A DNA stretch of 56,080 bases, the filler included, from Dirinaria sp. TL-2023a (lineage: Eukaryota), in assembly GCA_051941275.1 (NCBI GenBank). It is 2 parts of 2 records of this genome, joined end to end, with 100 filler letters (N's around TTAATTAATTAA, not from the genome) between each part and the next. Parts side by side here need not be neighbours in the genome. Positions count along the whole stretch, not along the records: positions 28,106 to 56,080 come from JAVEBF010000132.1; 1 more part is not named here. One strand, given 5' to 3'. The notes beneath the pieces are model-generated. The model searched no databases, was not told the DNA's origin, and saw only the letters and a list, made by a program, of their open reading frames with translations. Position numbers and translations under genes: made by a program. Below are positions 51,831 to 56,080 of the stretch, piece by piece. Each line of letters opens with the position of its first letter. Position 1 is the stretch's first letter.

Positions 51831-52538
51831 ATGACGACCTGGAGTCCCAATATCCTGAACCAGATCTTGGCCCAGCTCAGCAGTAGCAAAGGGCTTGTCC
51901 CCTCCCAATCATGGCTTACGACCTTTCTCGCAACTCAGAAAACCTCCACTCCAATTCCAGCTCTAGCCTCCACCGCGCTATTCCGTCTTTTGGCATCGGA
52001 TATCTCAAAGACTTTGGATCGCGATCTATCGGTTGGCTTTCCAAATGATGTCTCCAATGTCAACTTTCAGGAGCGGAAGTTGCAGGGCTCAATCGCAGCT
52101 CAAGTCCTAGCAGTGGAAGACATGAGCAAGAGCCGCTGGGAACAGATCGAAGCCATTGAAGCACTGGAAAGAGGAGAGGGGACTAAGGGACGAGAGATAA
52201 TACGTGTCGTGCCGAACGACGATGGTGACAATGCCGGTACTGGGGTACAGAAGGGTGGTGGACCGCATAAATTGTTGCTGCAGGATGTGCATGGCAATAG
52301 TGTCTACGCAATCGAACTGAAGGGAGTTGAAGGAGTTGGGTCGGGAATGAGTATTGGATGCAAAGTCGTCCTCAAAAATCCAGTGGTGGCACGAGGAGCG
52401 CTGCTGCTCGAGCCTGGGACGACGATGATATTAGGCGGTAAAATTGAAGCGCTGCATAAGATCTGGAAAGAGAATCGGAAGGCTGAGCTGAAGGCTATGA
52501 TTGAGGCAAGCGAGGATCCCGCAAGACGAGCTGGGTGA
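51831..52538 (+). CDS. RMI1: RecQ-mediated genome instability protein Rmi1 (DUF1767 + OB fold), intronless
   Basis: PSQSWL, TALFRLLASDI, QVLAVEDMSKSRWEQIEAIE..GREIIR, PHKLLLQD, IGCKVVL..VARGALLLEP..ILGGKIEAL. Confidence 0.9.
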   Translation: MTTWSPNILNQILAQLSSSKGLVPSQSWLTTFLATQKTSTPIPALASTALFRLLASDISKTLDRDLSVGFPNDVSNVNFQERKLQGSIAAQVLAVEDMSKSRWEQIEAIEALERGEGTKGREIIRVVPNDDGDNAGTGVQKGGGPHKLLLQDVHGNSVYAIELKGVEGVGSGMSIGCKVVLKNPVVARGALLLEPGTTMILGGKIEALHKIWKENRKAELKAMIEASEDPARRAG

Positions 52539-52591
52539 CGAAGTAGTTCTACGCAAGCACTGACATTATCGTCCTACCCTACAGCAGTAAG

Positions 52592-53904
52592 TCATGGATT
52601 CTCTTCTTCCGTGCTCAAATATTCTCTGCTATCTCTAAACCTCCAAACGCACAGCTTCCTATCATAGAAGCTTGTCGAAATTACTGTAAAGCTATGGATA
52701 CATCCTTCGTCTGAGTCCCAGCGAGAATCGCTGGCATAATTCATACTACCGTGCTCTTCGAATCGAGCTACTACCTCAATTTTCCATTCGTCATCTTTCC
52801 CGCGTCTAATCTGTAGCACTCTGGCTCCGGCATGCATACAGCTAGCGAGAACTGTAAAGCTTCTGTCTTCCTGGGATCCATAGTCTTGCATGAGCTTCAG
52901 TCTCCAAACCCCACCATGCAAGCGTTTCTCGGCAAGACATTGGAATACATTTCTGTTAACAGAGGAGTTTCCTGGGTGCAGTACTCTGACAAGTTCATCA
53001 TAACTGCCGGTCAGTAGTATCTCCGGTCGGTCATCCTTGAACGTGCAAAGAGGAAGTATTGCGGTGACACCCGCAGTATGGATCTTCGAATTACGAACTA
53101 TGGGCCGATACTCCTCTAGCTTATTGTCTCCTGTGTCTCTAGCCACCGACAGCTGGTTACCGTTGAATTTATAATGACAGATTACTGAATCGTCTCCACC
53201 AGAATATAGCTGCTTGAGGTGAGCCTGGTCAGACATCCGGGACCACGCTAAAGTCCAAGCTTCTAACGAATGGCTGGTTGCTACCCTGAAGGAGCCCTCA
53301 GGAGCTTCATAATCTACAGTAGCAATTCGGCCATCCGAAAACGATGCTGCGATGATGCTACGGTCCATCGACGTTGGACACCATGCTAGGGCCAGAACTA
53401 AGGTAGACGAATCGACAAGATTTATTGACTTAACATGCCTTATGGGATCGGAACCGGGAGACTCCACGGTGTAGAGACAGACGCATCCCGTGCTCGTCGC
53501 TACCGCAAGGAGCTTCGGCTCATTTGGAGAGAAATGAAGGTCAAGCACAGCGTAAGGGGTATTAATGGTCTGTATCAGCGAGCTGGTGAAGTCAGAAAAT
53601 ATGTTGTGCTTGCCGCTGGCCGGCTCTGACAGCGGTCTCGTTCAAGAACCATATTGGAAACTGAAGCGTACAAATTATCGCTGCTGAGATCATATAGTAA
53701 CAAGCTGCCACTTCGAGATTGCGTTTCGGTTCCTGGCGCATGATCATTGTCTTCACATGCCCCATCGTGATGGTCCCCTGAAGGCTCAAGATAGTAGGTA
53801 CCCACCACAAATTGGCTATTGTTGGACGGTACGAACTCAAGACAGCTTGGTTGAGCGTTTAGAATTACATCTAGCACAGGACAAATAGAATCGTTTTCAG
53901 ACAT
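52592..53904 (-). CDS. DPH7: WD40 diphthamide biosynthesis protein Dph7/Rrt2, 2 exons
   Basis: PSCLEFVP..FVVGTYYL..RSGSLLLY, VLDLHF, HSLEAW, LYSGGDDS, HTAGVTAI, LLTGSYDE, GGVWRLK, LASCMHAG, EHGSMNYASD, STSFYDRKLCVW. Confidence 0.92.
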
Positions 53905-54058
53905 GGTTTTTGCACTTCTGAAAACAAGCTTCACTTCATGGATTTGTTTTCTTTACGATACAGCGCTAAGGTCGTATGTAATATTTAATACTCACTCGCG
54001 CGTTCATTTTCATTCCAGTTCGACTTCTGAGATCACTTCAAAAGTCGAAATACCGACC

Positions 54059-54980
54059 ATGGCTACCTCCACACTTACGAACATCCTCTCACAGCTGCAC
54101 AACAGTAATTTATCGAATCCTGAACAAATTTCTTCTCTCCTTACCAAAGCGAAACGGCAGCTGCTAGAACTCAACGCTCTCCTTCCGTCCTCAACGACAC
54201 TGCCTAATCTACTCTCACTTGCTCGCCAGACCCTCGAAACCGGTGCCCTAATATCGATACGACTGCGAGAGCCTGATGCTTTTACCCGCTATTACCAACA
54301 ACTTCTCCCATTCTACGAAGTCCCCGATTCGTCATTCGAAGGCAGTAGCAGAGGACAGCGAAGTAAAGTCACTGGATTATATTTGCTGCTTCTTTTGACC
54401 AAAGGAGATTATGCCGGATTTCATACAGTTCTAGAGGGTCTGGAGGTCGAGAACCAGGGCAAAGGCGGGCTGCAGGGGGACGAATACATCCAGTATCCGG
54501 TGAAGCTGGAGCGATGGCTTATGGAAGGGAGCTACGATCGAGTTTGGGGAGCTACCAAGCGAGAAGGAGTGCCCAGCGAGGAGTTTGGTGTTTTTAGCGA
54601 GGTGGGTGCTACTGAAGCGGCGATTTCCCTAGCGTACATAGGGCGACCACGAAGCCCACATACATAGCCAAGTTATCATTGCTGACATGCCAGAGAACTA
54701 GGTCCTCATCGGCACAATAAGATCAGAAATCGCGTCGTGCTCGGAAAAAGCCTACCCATCGTTACCGATCGCGAACGCCAAGAATCTCCTTTTCCTAGAC
54801 AGCGAAGGTAGTGTGGTGGATTTCGCCCAGGGGAGAGGTTGGGCTGTCAAAGATGGGAGGATATATTTCCCTCTGGAACAAGAAGACCAGATGGCCACGG
54901 AGAAGGATATCTTAGCTGCCAGCGGGCAGGTCATCGAAAATACGATCGGCTACGCTAGGGTACTTGAGACTATTGTATAA
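54059..54980 (+). CDS. RPN12: 26S proteasome lid subunit Rpn12, 2 exons
   Basis: LARQTLETGALISIR..FTRYYQQL, GLYLLLLL..FHTVLE, YPVKLERWLMEGSYDRVW, |VLIGTIRSEIASCSEKAYPSL, IENTIGYARVLETIV. Intron 54602-54701. Confidence 0.95.
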
Positions 54981-55294
54981 ATGCAAAGCAGGAAATGATA
55001 CAGCAAAATGCACGGAAGCATGCAAGACTTGCTTACCTGTCGCTCGTCTCTGAATTGCATGCAGCATTGCTGGAGGTTCGTTCACAGTGAACGCATATGT
55101 AAATATGAACTGTAATATAAACCGTTGGTGAACTATGACGAGCGTTGCTCTAATTTCTTCCGATATTTCTCACTACCTATGTCGAATTGTAACCTCTTTG
55201 AGAATACGCCGCAACAAGACTGAGCAGTCTTCAGTGCAGTTTAAAGAGGCTCAATCGCCATGTAGTGTGCCCAAAGAACCCTCTGCATGCCGAC

Positions 55295-56080
55295 ATGACT
55301 GTATCAGGGGAGGAAACGTTCGTAGATGGCGACAACGACTATATCTCAGATGACTCTAGCTTCTACGGTATGCTCTCACCAATCAAACACAATCAAATCT
55401 TATATTGACCCCCAAATTCAGGAGACGACGAACTGCGCCAATCCCTCACTGAACTCGCCGACGCCTTCGACCCATCAACATACTGGTCCACGCACCACCT
55501 CCGCATTTCCACCATAGCAGCCACAGCCGTTGCCAAAGCCGCAGCCGTTGCCAAAGCCGCAGCCGCAGCTTCATCAACAAAAACAGCAGGAGCAGCAACA
55601 TCCAGCGCTCAGGACCTCTACAACCCTTACGCAGACCTCGTCTCGTGCCGACAGCTCTCCGAGCCCGTGTCCGCCTTCCTCTCCCGCCTGCCTCCATCCT
55701 CGACCCCATCCAGCAGCATAGGCAGCCCATGGATCCGGATCGCGAACCCGCGCTCCGCGCGCCGCGCCACATCCGAAGACTGGGCCGGCTTCACCGCCGC
55801 AGGCACACAGCTCCTAGAAATCTTCTCCGCGGCGAAAGCGGAGCTCGAAGCCGCCATGGCGGGGAAGGCGAAGGGCACCCTGACCCGCAAAATCAACCCG
55901 CTGAGGCAGCAGCTGGAGACGGATCTGTTGGCCGCGGCCAGGGAGAGGGGATGCATGACGGGGAAGTGGATGCTGTTCCCTGCGCTCGAAGATGTGGATT
56001 CGGTGTGGCGGCGCGTGGCGACGGGGACGGTGGAGGGGGTGTTGAGGGTCGCGGCTAAGGTTGCTGCGAGGGAAGGGGAG
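55295..56080 (+). CDS. DUF1917/UPF0696 (C11orf68/Bles03-like) protein, truncated at window end
   Basis: MTVSGEETFVDGDNDYISDDSSFYG|DDE.., YNPYAD..RQLSEPVSAFLSRLPPS..PWIRIANP, GKWMLFP..VDSVWRRVATGTVEGVL..AAKVA. Intron 55368-55421. Confidence 0.85.
55524..55569 (+). repeat. 18-bp tandem repeat (GCAGCCGTTGCCAAAGCC) encoding an Ala-rich insertion
   Basis: acagccgttgccaaagcc gcagccgttgccaaagcc gcagccgcagc translates as TAVAKA AAVAKA AAAA. Confidence 0.7.

Overview
Eukaryotic DNA from a filamentous ascomycete (Pezizomycotina): short GT-AG introns with CTRAC-type branch sites, fungal housekeeping genes and an intron-containing tRNA. An artificial 100-nt linker (N44-TTAATTAATTAA-N44, 28006-28105) joins two assembled pieces, so adjacency across it is unproven. 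The left piece holds a peroxisomal alcohol oxidase, a HeLo-like N-terminal-domain protein with a C2H2 finger and a 20-aa repeat, an 11-intron APC permease, a nonsense-disrupted PD-(D/E)xK-like gene, Gemin2/Brr1, tRNA-Glu(TTC), a secreted PAN+DUF4185-like protein, an EI24/RRT8-like protein, a PA-RING E3 ligase and a truncated aquaporin. The right piece holds CFT2, UBC4, DHH1, a conserved hypothetical gene, a GH5_12 sterylglucosidase-like gene, a single-pass surface protein and a compact SKI3-VPS51-RMI1-DPH7-RPN12-DUF1917 block. Main observations: (1) a TACCT(TA)/(TA)AGGTA element recurring as direct and inverted repeats upstream of many genes; (2) a probable 3-nt micro-exon flanked by a GC-AG intron in the permease; (3) a stop-free in-frame 154-codon leader without an in-frame ATG upstream of DHH1, a candidate non-AUG N-terminal extension; (4) the HeLo-like protein and the decaying nuclease-like gene. 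All gene calls rest on manual translation and remembered family motifs. No database searches were run.
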